Shown here: positions 10,721 through 21,190 of the stretch, piece by piece
How the letters are laid out: each line of letters begins with the position of its first letter
How positions within the stretch are numbered: the first letter of the stretch is position 1
Origin: Nemertoderma westbladi
Lineage: Eukaryota > Animalia > Xenacoelomorpha
DNA: 32,006 nucleotides
Direction: 5' to 3'
Assembly (NCBI GenBank): GCA_032718475.1
Contig: JAUCBJ010002744.1
Coordinates: forward strand, 1-32,006
The notes under the pieces: model-generated
Seen by the model: the letters and a program-made list of their open reading frames with translations, nothing else
The model's database searches: none
What the model was told of the DNA's origin: nothing
Position numbers and translations under genes: made by a program

Positions 10721-11110
10721 ATTTGTACCTAACAGCCTAACGCATTACAGCATTACCCAGTGACAGTATATGAGTACTGGTAGGCCAAGGCCCATACAGC
10801 CATACAGCCATACAGCGGGAGGTAAGCCTAAAGTCCACTCCTACAGCGATACGGTACACCGTGTGTAAATACAATCCACAATCATGTATAGGCAGACAGG
10901 CTCACAGGTATGATGATAATTGCAATTGCTAAATACAGTATATAGAAAGTGATAATTCAAATTTCCCTCTCAGCTATTTTTGGCCCAAACGGCAAGATAA
11001 AAAAACATACCATTACAACTTTTGGCCCAAACGGCAAGATAAAAAACATACCATTATAACTTTTTAATATAATATGTTTTTTTTATTTTTGGCCCAAACG
11101 GCGCCCCATA
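10721..11110 (-). repeat. Right TIR (~390 bp)
   Basis: Reverse complement of 4733-5112, with an extra (ccatacag)n expansion at ~10792-10817. Confidence 0.95.
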
Positions 11111-11580
11111 GTCCCAAGTCATAACACCTTAACCTTAGGCCTCAAATTAACATTTTATAAATTTTAACATCTGTTTAGCCCGGTTGCCAAGGTAATTCGA
11201 TTTTCTATTTAACCTCAATCGGCTCTGCTGTGGACCTTATAGTTGAGTTGAGAAACCCCAAGTTTATATCTATTATAGTTTTCCTACAAATAGAGTTATA
11301 AATATTGACTTGAAATACATAGACTTTTTTCTAAGTCCGTTGCCATTGAAACCAGATTTTTCCTGGATATGAGACCCAGTCCAAAAGATGCGCCTCGATG
11401 AGTAGTATATACATGCAAAATTTCAGGGTACTTTTAAAGGCTAGTTTATTCACCTATCAAAAAAAAACTAATCTACCTCACACAAGTAAAATAGCCCACT
11501 ATGAATAGACCATATCAGCTAAGGAAAATCTTTCTTAGCGAAAGTAGTTGATTTTCCTTAGCTTCGTGGACTAACACATA

Positions 11581-13454
11581 CGAGAAAGGCATTTCCTAAA
11601 GGAAATGCAACCACGAAGCTAAGGAAAATTAAACAAACGGCCACACTTTGGTTCGTTGCTTAGCCTCGTTTAGTAGCATTTGTCAATAATTAACTTCTAT
11701 TCCCATGGAAACTAGAGTTCTCTGGAACTGTTGGTTTAACCTTTGAAAAAAAATTCAGTACAGATTGTGGTTCAGAAACACTTTCCGAATTTCAGAAAAT
11801 ATTGTAGTTTATGTCCAAATTACCGATTTTCTATCAAAATGCATCTGTTTGCAGTGGTTGTCATGGAAACTGAAAAATAGAACAATGTAATTCGGATGCA
11901 GAATAAGTCATATAGTGGGGGTAGGGGTTAGTCCCAAGTCATAATACTATTAACTTGTGCTTCAAATTATCATTTTATAAATTTTAACATCTGTTTAGAC
12001 TTGTTGCTATGGTAACTGTATTTTCTAATTAACCTCAAACGGCTTGGATATGGATCTTATAGATGAGTTGCAAAACCCCAAGTTTATATATATTACAGTT
12101 TTGCTACAAATAGAGTTATCAATATAGACTTGAATGATATAGAGTTTAATAAACTACAGTTACCATGGTAACTAAATTTCTGGAATAATTTAAGTTTCAC
12201 TAAAAGTTCAAACTAGAGGTCCAGATAACACATACCCAGTTTTGTAAAATTTTATCGCGAAGTCAATGTCCAAATGAATAATTTTTGTATAACAACATCT
12301 GTTTTCTGCGGTTGTCATGGTAACTGAAAAATAGAACAATGTAATTCGGATGCAGAATAAGTAATATAGTGGGGGTAGGGGTTGGTCCCAAGTCATCACA
12401 CATTAACCTTAGGCTTCAAATTAACATTTTATTACCGATTTTCTATCAAAATGCATCTGTTTACAGTGGTTGTCATGGAAACTGAAAAATAGAACAATGT
12501 AATTCGGATGCAGAATAAGTCATATAGTGGGGGTAGGGGTTTCCCAAGTCATAACACCTTAACCTTAGGCTTCAAATTAACATTTTATAAATTTTAACAT
12601 CTGTTTAGACTTGTTGCTATGGTAACTGTATTTTCTAATTAACCTCAAACGGCTTGGATATGGATCTTATATATGAGTTGCAAAACCCCAAGTTTATATA
12701 TATTACAGTTTTGCTACAAATAGAGTTATCAATATAGACTTGAATGATATAGAGTTTAATAAACTACAGTTACCATGGTAACTAAATTTCTGGAATAATT
12801 TAAGTTTCACTAAAAGTTCCAACTAGTGGTCCAGATAACACATACCCAGTTTTGTAAAATTTAATCGCGAAGTCTATGTCCAAATGAGTTATTTTTGTAT
12901 AAAAACATCTGTTTTCAGCGGTTGTCATGGTAACTGAAAAATAGAACAATCGAATTCGGACGCAGTATAAGTTATATAGTGGGGGTAGGGGTTGGTCCCA
13001 AATCATCACACATTAACCTTAGGCTTCAAATTAACATTTTATAAATTTTAACATCTATTTAGCCCGGTTGCCAAGGTAACTGGATTTTCTATTTAACCTC
13101 AATCGGCTCTGCTATGGACTTTATAGTTGAGTTGAGAAACCCCAAGTTTATATCTATTATAGTTTTCCTACAAATATAGTTATAAATATTGACTTGAAAT
13201 ACATAGACTTTTTTCTAAGTCCGTTGCCATGGAAACCAGATTTTTCCTGGATATGAGACCCAGCCCACACGATGCGCCTCGACGAGTAGTACATACATGC
13301 AAAATTTCAGGGTACTTTTAAAGGCTAGATTTTTCCGGAATAAAAAAGGACCAAATCTGCTCCATACAAGTAAAATAGCCCACTATGAATACACCATCTC
13401 AGCTAAGGGAAATCTTTCTTAGCGAAAGTAGTTGATTTTCCTTAGCTTCGTGGA
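11581..13454 (-). mobile_element. Non-autonomous Helitron-like element, copy B
   Basis: Same termini as copy A, with CTAG mutated (cgag at 11581). The internal repeat array is expanded. Confidence 0.75.
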
Positions 13455-13820
13455 CAATCTTTTATTGCAATACGCGTTGTTTACTAGAAAGGCATTTCCT
13501 AAAGGAAATGCAACCACGAAGCTAAGGAAAATTAAACAAACGGCCGCACTTTAGTTCGTTGCTTAGCCTCGTTTAGTAGCATTTGCCAATAATTAGCTTC
13601 TATTTCCATGGAAACTAGAGTTCTATGGAACTGTTGGTTCATCCTTTGAAAAAAGATTCAGTCCAGATTGTGGTTCAGATAACACATATACCAAGTTTCA
13701 GAAAATATTGTACTTTATGTCCAAAATACCGATTTTCTATCAAAATGCATCTGTTTGCAGTGGTTGTCAAGGAAACTGAAAAATAGAACAATGTAATTCG
13801 GATGCAGAATAACTCATATA

Positions 13821-15575
13821 GTGCCTTTTGACAAGGGGAACGGCTATTGTGTTATGAGGAAGGAGTCGTATCTGACCAAGGCTGATACTCTCATCGCCGA
13901 CCCCGCCAAGTTTGGTCCCCCTCCAGGCCGCCCGGGTGCTGTGAAGATCGATATTTACCGTCGTAGGGCCGAGGTTATACGGGACGAGGTCACCAGTATT
14001 GTGGGTAAGGAGAGTAAGGAACTCCTAGCCAAGTTACTACCGCGCAAGGATACTACTCCCCCGAGGCTGTATGGCCTCGCTAAGGTCCACAAGGCTGGTG
14101 TCCCCCTCCGCCCGATAACTTCAATGCCCGGCAGCATCTACCACCCTGTCGCTGAGTACCTCAGGGACATGTTGCAGGTGCTGCCAGAGGGTAGGATTGG
14201 TACTAACAGCACCGGGGCTGCCGATCGTCTCGCCGAGCTGGAGGTAGAACCCACGGACCGCCTCTACTCCCTGGACGTAGTGAGTTTATTCACTAATGTT
14301 CCACTTAAGGAGGCGGTGCAGCTTGCTGCTGATCTACTGTACGAGCAACATCCTGACCAGCCTATCAACAAGGACCAATTTATTCGTCTTATGTTGGTTG
14401 CTACACAGGATGTTGTATTCCTGGATCACCGTGGTAACTACCGTTGTCAGAGGGATGGTGTCGCCATGGGCTCCCCTTTGGGTCCCATACTCGCCAACAT
14501 CTTTCTGTCACAGTTCGATGAGCAGATCGCGGCGGGTACCAAGCTTAGCGATAGGTACGTTGATGACGTGATTAGCGTTGGTAGTAATGACCCCACTGAG
14601 AAGCTGAGAGAGGTCAATGCCCTCCACCCCAATCTTAAGTTTACACTTGAGTTGGAGGAACAGGGCCGCTTGCTTTTCCTTGATTTGGTTGTGTCCCGTA
14701 CTGACCACGCGCTTGCGACGGCGTGGTACCGCAAGCCTACAGATACCGGGCTTGTTCTTAATGCTACTGCGTGTGCCCCTGAGGCATACAAACGGGGGGT
14801 AGTTCGTGGAATGTTTCATCGCATTTTCAACGTCAGTAAGGGCGGGGATGGCTCCCAGCTCCTTTCTGCAATTGGCGAAGCTAACACCATTCTGAGCAAT
14901 AACCAATATACGAATGCGATGATTCAACGCGAGCTTACCGCCGTCCGTGCCGCTAGGGGGCGTCCTGGCAATTGTAGTGAGAGCGAGGTGACTGCGGTTG
15001 CACCCACTGAGGTCATTGACCTGGTGGATCCAGCACCCGTAGATAATCCCAGGCCTATCATCTGTAAGTTTGAGTACCGCGGTCGGGCTACCGAACTTTT
15101 CGTTCGTAGGCTACGTGGTCTAGTACCGAGATCTTGCGCACGGCCAGTGCGGTTTGTTTACACAACTGCCAAACTGCGCCAATCACTGCCATCATTGAAA
15201 CATCCGGTTCCCGATATTCTGGCTTCTAACGTCGTGTATTCATTTGCTTGTCCCTCTTGTAAGGGGGAATATGTTGGACATACCATCCAACACTTATTTG
15301 AACGCGTTAGACAGCATCAAGACGGGTCGGCCAATGATGGTAGTGAACAAGGCAAGACAGTTCACAACCATATCATGACGCACCGCGGGGAGCCCAACAC
15401 ACGTTGGTTGACTGACTGGCGAGAGTTGTTCAAACACTTCAAGGTTATTGCACGGCACCCTTTGCGTCCTGTCCTGCAAAAACTAGAAATGTTTTATATA
15501 CGCACTCGCCAGCCAGCTATTAACAAGCAGAAACGTGATTGGCGCAAGTTTGAGGTGCTGCTTCCCAGTGGTTAG
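13821..15575 (+). CDS. Penelope-like RT and GIY-YIG endonuclease (N-terminally truncated, otherwise open)
   Basis: DKGN, LYGLAKVHK..PLRPI, SLDVVSLFTNVP, GVAMGSPLGP, RYVDD, YRKPTDTG, VVYSFACPSCKGEYVGHT..L..RV.QH, QPAIN. The GTG start lies within the flanking repeat, so it is not a native start. Confidence 0.9.
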   Translation: MPFDKGNGYCVMRKESYLTKADTLIADPAKFGPPPGRPGAVKIDIYRRRAEVIRDEVTSIVGKESKELLAKLLPRKDTTPPRLYGLAKVHKAGVPLRPITSMPGSIYHPVAEYLRDMLQVLPEGRIGTNSTGAADRLAELEVEPTDRLYSLDVVSLFTNVPLKEAVQLAADLLYEQHPDQPINKDQFIRLMLVATQDVVFLDHRGNYRCQRDGVAMGSPLGPILANIFLSQFDEQIAAGTKLSDRYVDDVISVGSNDPTEKLREVNALHPNLKFTLELEEQGRLLFLDLVVSRTDHALATAWYRKPTDTGLVLNATACAPEAYKRGVVRGMFHRIFNVSKGGDGSQLLSAIGEANTILSNNQYTNAMIQRELTAVRAARGRPGNCSESEVTAVAPTEVIDLVDPAPVDNPRPIICKFEYRGRATELFVRRLRGLVPRSCARPVRFVYTTAKLRQSLPSLKHPVPDILASNVVYSFACPSCKGEYVGHTIQHLFERVRQHQDGSANDGSEQGKTVHNHIMTHRGEPNTRWLTDWRELFKHFKVIARHPLRPVLQKLEMFYIRTRQPAINKQKRDWRKFEVLLPSG

Positions 15576-15872
15576 ACGGATACACTTCTACCTTGTTTCA
15601 CTTTACCGTCCCGTCTCCCTTGGGAACTTCTATCTATTGTCTCCTTTCTAGCACTAGCTACTTGAGAAAGCCCCCATTGGGGCGAAACCTACTGATCAGC
15701 TGACAGCCGTCAGCTGATTACTGATTGCATGCAACGTCTAATGGTCAGTTGCTTTTTTATTTTAGTATTTGTATCGTACTGTACTGGCATACCTACCGGT
15801 AAGGTTTTTTACTTCAGCTTGACAATTAAAGAATAAAATAATTGTATTAACTCAAGCATTTAATTATTATTA
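13824..15872 (+). mobile_element. 5'-truncated Penelope-like retroelement
   Basis: RT plus GIY-YIG ORF and a ~300-nt 3' region. Flanked by the direct repeat tcatatagtg (13814-13823 and 15873-15882), consistent with a TSD. Confidence 0.9.
15661..15720 (+). ncRNA. Putative variant hammerhead-ribozyme-like motif plus hairpin in the Penelope 3' region
   Basis: CTTGAGAAA-GCCCC-catt-GGGGC-GAAAC (core variant, stem II, GAAA), followed by the perfect 10-bp hairpin atcagctgac-agcc-gtcagctgat. I could not resolve stems I and III. Confidence 0.45.
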
Positions 15873-16840
15873 TCATATAGTGGGGGTAGGTGTTGGTCCC
15901 AAGTCATAATACTATTAACTTGTGCTTCAAATTATTATTTTATAAATTTTGACATCTGTTTAGTCTTGTTGCTATGGTAACTGGATTGCATAATTAACCT
16001 CGAACGGCTTGTATATAGCTATTATAGATGTGTTGCAAAACCCCAAGTTTATATATATTACATTATTTTGTTAAAAATAGAGTATTGATTTTAGACTTGA
16101 ATGATATAGACTTTAATAAACTCCAGTCACCATGGTAACTAGATATTTCTGGAATGTTTTGAGTTTCACTAAAAGTTCCAACGAGTGTTCCAGTCCAGAT
16201 AACACATACCCAGTTTAATAAAATTTTATCGCGAAGTCTATGTCCAAATGAGTAATTTTTGCATAAAAACATCTGTTTACAGCGGTTGTCATGGTAACTG
16301 CAAAATAAAACAATGAAATTCGGACGCAGAATAAGTTATATAGTGGGGGTAGGGATTGGTCCCAATTCATAACACATTAACCTTAGGCTTCAAATTAACA
16401 TTTTATAAATTTTAACATCTGTTTAGCCCGGTTGCCAAGGCAACTGGATTTTCTATTGAACCTCAATCGGCTCTGCTATGGACCTTATAGTTGAGTTGAG
16501 AAACCCCAAGTATATATGTATTATAGTTTTCCTACAAATAGAGTTATAAATATTGACTTGAAATACATAGACTTTTTTCTAAGTCCGTTGCCATGGAAAC
16601 CAGATTTTTCCTGGATATGAGACCCAGCCCAAAAGATGCGCCTCGACGAGTAGTATATACATGCAAAATTTCAGGGTACTTTTAAATGCTAGTTTTTTCT
16701 GGAGTCAAAAAAAAACTAATCTGCCTCACACAAGTAAAATAGCCCACTATGAATAGACCATCTCAGCTAAGGAAAATATTTCTTAGCGAAAGTAGTTGAT
16801 TTTCCTTAGCTTCGTGGATTTCTCTTCCGCCGTCTATATA

Positions 16841-18115
16841 CTAGAAAGGCATTTCCTAAAGGAAATGCAACCACGAAGCTAAGGAAAATTAAACAAAGGG
16901 CCACAATTTGGTTTGTTGCTTAGCCTAGTTTAGTAGCATTTGCCAATAAATAACTTATATTCCCATGGAAACTAGAATTCTCTGGAACTGTTGGCTTTAC
17001 CTTTGAAAAAAGATTCAGTCCAAATTGTTTTTCAGATAAAGATAACACATATCGAGTTTCAGAAAATATTGTAGTTTATGTCCAAATTACCGATTTTATA
17101 TCAAAATGCATCTGTTTGCAGTGGTTGTCATGGAAACTGAAATATAGAACAATGTAATTCGGATGCAGAATAAGTCATATAGTGGGGATAGGTCTTGGTC
17201 CCAAGTCATAATACTATTAACTTGTGTTTAAAATTACCATTTTAGAAACTTTAACATCTGTTTAGTCTTGATGGTATGGTAATTGGATTATGTAATTAAC
17301 CTCGAATGGATTGTATATGGACCTTACAGATGAGTTGCAAAACCCCAAATTTATATATATTACATTATTTTGCTACAAATAGAGTATTGAATTTAGACTT
17401 GAATGATATAGACTTTAATAAACTCCAGGTACCATGGTAACAAGATATTTCTGGAATGTTTTCAGTTTCACTAAAAGTTCCAACTAGTGGTCCAGATAAC
17501 ACATACACAGTTTTGTAAAATTTTATCGCGAAGTCTATGTCCAAATGAATAATTTTTGTATAAAAACATCTGTTTTCAGTGGTTGTCATGGTAACTGAAA
17601 AATAGAACAATGTAATTCGGATGCAGAATAAGTTATATAGTGGGGGTAGGGATTGGTCCCAAGTCATAACACCTTGCCCGTAGGCCTCAAATTAACATTT
17701 TATAAATTTTAACATCTGTTTATCCCGGTTGCCAAGGTAACTGGATTTTCTATTTAGCCTCAATCGGATCTGCTATGGACCTTATAGTTGTGTTGCGAAA
17801 CCCCAAGTTTATATCTATTATAGTTTTCCTAGAAATAGAGTTTTAAATATTGACTTGAAATACCTAGACTTTTTTCTAAGTCCGTTGCCATGGAAACCAG
17901 ATTTTTCCTGGATATGAGACCCATCCCACACGATGCGCCTCGACGAGTAGTATATACATGTAAAATTTCAGGGTACTTTTAAAGGCTAGTTTTTTCACAG
18001 GTCAAAAAACACTAAATCTGCCCCATACAAGTAAAATAGCCCACTATGAATAGACCATCTCAGCTAAGGAAAATCTTTCTTAGCGAAAGTAGTTGATTTT
18101 CCTTAGCTTCGTGGA
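16841..18115 (-). mobile_element. Non-autonomous Helitron-like element, copy D (uninterrupted, 1275 bp)
   Basis: Both termini are intact, and it is joined directly to copy E (gtgga|ctagaaagg). Confidence 0.8.
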
Positions 18116-18450
18116 CTAGAAAGGCATTTCCTAAAGGAAATGCAACCACGAAGGTAAGGAAAATTAAACAAACGGCCACAATTTAGTTTATTGCTTAGCC
18201 TAGTTTAGTAGCATTTGCCAATAATTAGCTTCTATTTCCATGGAAACTAGAGTTCTATGGAACTGTTGGTTCATCCTTTGAAAAAAGATTCAGTCCAGAT
18301 TGTGGTTCAGATAACACATATACCGAGTTTCAGAAAATATTGTACTTTATGTCCAAAATACCGATTTTCTATCAAAATGCATCTGTTTGCAGTGGTTGTC
18401 AAGGAAACTGAAAAATAGAACAATGTAATTCGGATGCAGAATAACTCATA
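18116..18450 (-). mobile_element. Non-autonomous Helitron-like element, copy E (partial)
   Basis: CTAG end is present and the sequence is near-identical to the start of copy C. It stops at gcagaataactcata, where copy F begins. Confidence 0.75.
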
Positions 18451-19280
18451 CTAGAAAGGCATTTCCTAAAGGAAATGCAACCACGAAGCTAAGGAAAATT
18501 AAACACTCTTTGACTCATCAGTTCATTGATTTACCGAGTTAAAAGAACTCCCGGTATTGCCAAGGTAACTGGACTTTTCTAGAACTGCTGAGTTTTACAT
18601 TAAGATCTAGTTTGTGGTCCCAGGTGACACATCGACTTCAAGGAAGCTTCATTGAGTAGTTTATGTGCAAAATTAATTAGTAATTTGTTAAAAAGTCTGT
18701 TTGCAGTGGTTGTCAAGGTAACTGGCAAATAGAACAACGTAGATTGGATGCAGAATAAGTGATATTATGGTGGTAGGGGTTGGTCCCAAGTCATAATGCC
18801 TTTAACTTGTTTTTCTAATTATAATTTTTTAAATTATAACATCTGTTTAGCCTGGTTACCAAGGTAACTGGATTTTCTAATTAACCACAATCGGCTCCTC
18901 TAAGGACCTTCCTTATAGTTGAGTTGGGAAACCAAATATTTATATCTAATACAGTTTTCCTACAAACAAGAGTTAAAAATATAGACTTGAATGATATTGA
19001 CTTTAATAAGCTCCAGTTACCATGGTAACTAGGTATTTCTGGAATGTTTTTTTGTTTCACTAAAAGTTCCAACTAGTGGTCCAGATAATACATACCCAGT
19101 TTCGTAAAATTTTATCGCGAAGTCTATGTCACTTTAGGTACTTTTAAAGGCTAGTTTTTTCCGGAATAAAAAAGGACTAAATCTGCCTCACACAAGTAAA
19201 ATAGCCCACTATGAATAGACCATCTCAGCTAAGGAAAATCTTTCTTAGCGAAAGTAGTTGATTTTCCTTAGCTTCGTGGA
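18451..19280 (-). mobile_element. Non-autonomous Helitron-like element, copy F (internal deletion at ~19130)
   Basis: Both termini are present. The CTAG-proximal sequence is of the copy A subtype (aaacactctttgactcatca). Confidence 0.75.
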
Positions 19281-19309
19281 CACTACTAACCATGTTATAT
19301 TGTTAGGCA

Positions 19310-19650
19310 TGTTGATTATCTCCACTTACAATCATAATTGCATTAAATTTCAGGCAGTTGCTAGGGATTGGTCACTGTGTTGCTATGGAAACATGTATCA
19401 TCTCCCAATGTCAGTACTGACCATCTTCTATTGCTAGACAGGTTGTTTATCCCAAGTTTCAATCATAATTACATTAAATATACAGCGGTTGCTAGGGAAA
19501 GGTCACCTGTTGTTATGGAAACTTGTACACGACTTATATTTTTAAATCAACCCAGTTTTATAATCGAAATTTATTATATGGCAAGTTTCAATAACAGATA
19601 CGTCCAAAAGTATCAGGTTGCTTTGAAAAAGTTACCCTGTTGCTAGGGAA
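19310..19650. repeat. Degenerate repeat with gttgctaggg and gttgctatggaaac motifs
   Basis: aatcataatt.cattaaat..cag.ggttgctaggga..ggtcac..gttg.tatggaaac occurs twice (~19330 and ~19461), with a third partial copy near 19620-19650. Confidence 0.5.
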
Positions 19651-19789
19651 GTAGTCAATTCTTTTGGTACACAGGCTCGGATTAATATGCACATTTTTTT
19701 TACATATATAGTGACATTTTCATGCGTTTTGTCCTGCAATTAAAGATTTTGCTATATTTTAGCCTTAAGCGACCCCACTAGTAATACAA

Positions 19790-20235
19790 CTCCTGCAAAT
19801 ACAGCTGCCGCTGTGGCATGCCAGTGGCTGCTGACGGCCTCCATGGGCTCTGCTGCCAGTTTAGTGCTGGTGGCCGGCACACCCGCCACGCGATGGTAAA
19901 CAGAATCATTCTTGGGGCGCTGGTTAGTTGTGGGGTGCCTTTAAACCTAGAGCCCCCAGGTTTATGTCGGCGGGGCAACAGGAGGCGGGTGGACGGCCGA
20001 ACCCTAGCATGGGATGCCACAGTGCAGTGGTAGATCCGCTGGCCCCCAGCCACATTCAACAGACAATCGTTGCTTGGAGACGCAATGCAGAGGGGGCAGA
20101 GCAAACTAAAAATGCAAAATATCGCGACCTAATGGCCCAGGGCCACTTCTTTCACCCGTGGCCTTTAAGACATTAGGCCGCCCCGGCCCAGAGACCTCTA
20201 CCTTTCTCCGGGAGATGTCGGCAAAGGTGGGGCCA
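19790..20235 (+). pseudogene. 3' remnant of a CRE-like retrotransposon: CCHC knuckle and restriction-like endonuclease
   Basis: CRCG...HGLCC...RHAMVN...EPPGL...DG..LAWDATV / DPLAPSH...AEQTKNAKY..L...FHP, spread across frameshifted frames. Confidence 0.8.
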
Positions 20236-20367
20236 CCATATTGATTATGTATCTTTAACACAACCAGAATGGATCTCATAACGAATAGATAAACCATTGT
20301 TTGGAAATTGATAACGTCATTTTAGTTATATCAGCTCATATTATTGTCTGTAAGCTGATGTAGTAGT

Positions 20368-21190
20368 CAGTGGTTTTTCAACTAATTTTGTAGTGACAAA
20401 TTAACTAAACCCAAATAAATAAATATAAATGACAAGTTTACTAATTTTTTCAACTAATTTGAAGGTGTTTAGTTAATAATAATAGTTGAAATTTCAACTA
20501 AAACTTAACTAAATCCCATAATATTGAATATTTCAGGTAGCCATAGCAACGGTTGGTATTGCCGTTTCGAAACACATCACAAACCATATTGAATACGACT
20601 TTTCATATGATTAGCACTATGTTAACTTAACAATGGGTGTTATTACTTGTTATTGACAGCCGACTCCGCTTTACAGGACATTGTTTTCACCGCGAGGACC
20701 AGCCTGTGCACAATCTTGCGCTTTGGAAGCCCCGTGTAGAAAATAAGCATGGTGGACAGCCCAGAACTTTCGTGAGACGCATCTTAAAGGACACTGGCCT
20801 TGAAGATGCGGATAATTTCGCGAAAGTCAGGGGAGATAGGGAGTTGTGGCAGTGCAACTTTGCTGATAAGCCGGCATAGGATTCTTAATGCACGCTGCAT
20901 TGGGCTTGCCAATTGTGGATTGCATGGTGGTGACTAAATGTTTTTGTTAAGTTGGCATAGCAACTCAATGTGTGGATTCAATGCAGCAGTCCGATTATAT
21001 TACTAGTTTCCTGGCATCCTTCTTTTAGCTTTCGGAATTTAGTTAGATTTAATTGAAAGTCAACAATTATTTTTTAAAAACCCCGTTAACTAACTAAATT
21101 CTGAGTGACAAGTTAAATAAAACCACTTTAACTAAATAACATCAAATGACAACTTAACTAGTTGAACTTTCAACTAGTTGAACAGCACTG
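20368..21190. mobile_element. hAT-type MITE (CAGTG...CACTG termini)
   Basis: Ends cagtggtttttcaacta and ttgaacagcactg. gatgtagt lies on both flanks (20357-20364 plus a 3-nt slip; 21191-21198). Many aactaa/caacta sub-repeats, and an internal inverted match between ~20463-20517 and ~21034-21084. Confidence 0.6.
20655..20880 (+). pseudogene. RTE-clade LINE C-terminal fragment inside the MITE
   Basis: RLRFTGHCFHR...LALWKP...GQP...LKDTG...DRELW matches the typical RTE ORF end. Confidence 0.7.

Larger units (their letters stand above)
4733..11110. mobile_element. TIR DNA-transposon shell (IS3EU-like end, 6-bp TSD) enclosing a full-length LINE
   Basis: TIRs at 4733-5112 and 10721-11110. TSD gtccca at 4727-4732 and 11111-11116; removing the insert restores the host repeat ggttggtcccaagtc. 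The right terminus reads TATGGGGCGCCG on the minus strand (TAY..RTA type), and the left terminus lacks 6 nt. No transposase is encoded. Confidence 0.75.
3942..11570 (-). mobile_element. Non-autonomous Helitron-like element, copy A (interrupted by the 4733-11110 insertion)
   Basis: On the minus strand it reads 5'-TCCACGAAGCTAAGGAAAAT...ATTTTCCTTAGCTTCGTGG, then the hairpin GCATTTCC-ttta-GGAAATGC, then CTTTCTAG-3'. This gives TC...CTAG termini, a 3' hairpin and an asymmetric inverted repeat as in Helitron2/Helentron-type elements. Confidence 0.75.
13484..16818 (-). mobile_element. Non-autonomous Helitron-like element, copy C (interrupted by a Penelope-like element)
   Basis: ctagaaaggcatttcc at 13484 and cttcgtgga ending at 16818. 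The repeat resumes in register after 15873. Confidence 0.75.

Noticed and set aside
12208-19072. Recurring short ORFs (MTWDQPLPPLY...)
   Set aside because: They are chance frames in the Helitron internal repeat, with inconsistent starts and stops and no domain motifs.
11520-19280. CRISPR-like appearance of repeats alternating with short unique spacers
   Set aside because: The repeats are kilobase-scale transposon copies, spacer lengths vary from 0 to 29 nt, there are no cas genes, and the context is eukaryotic.
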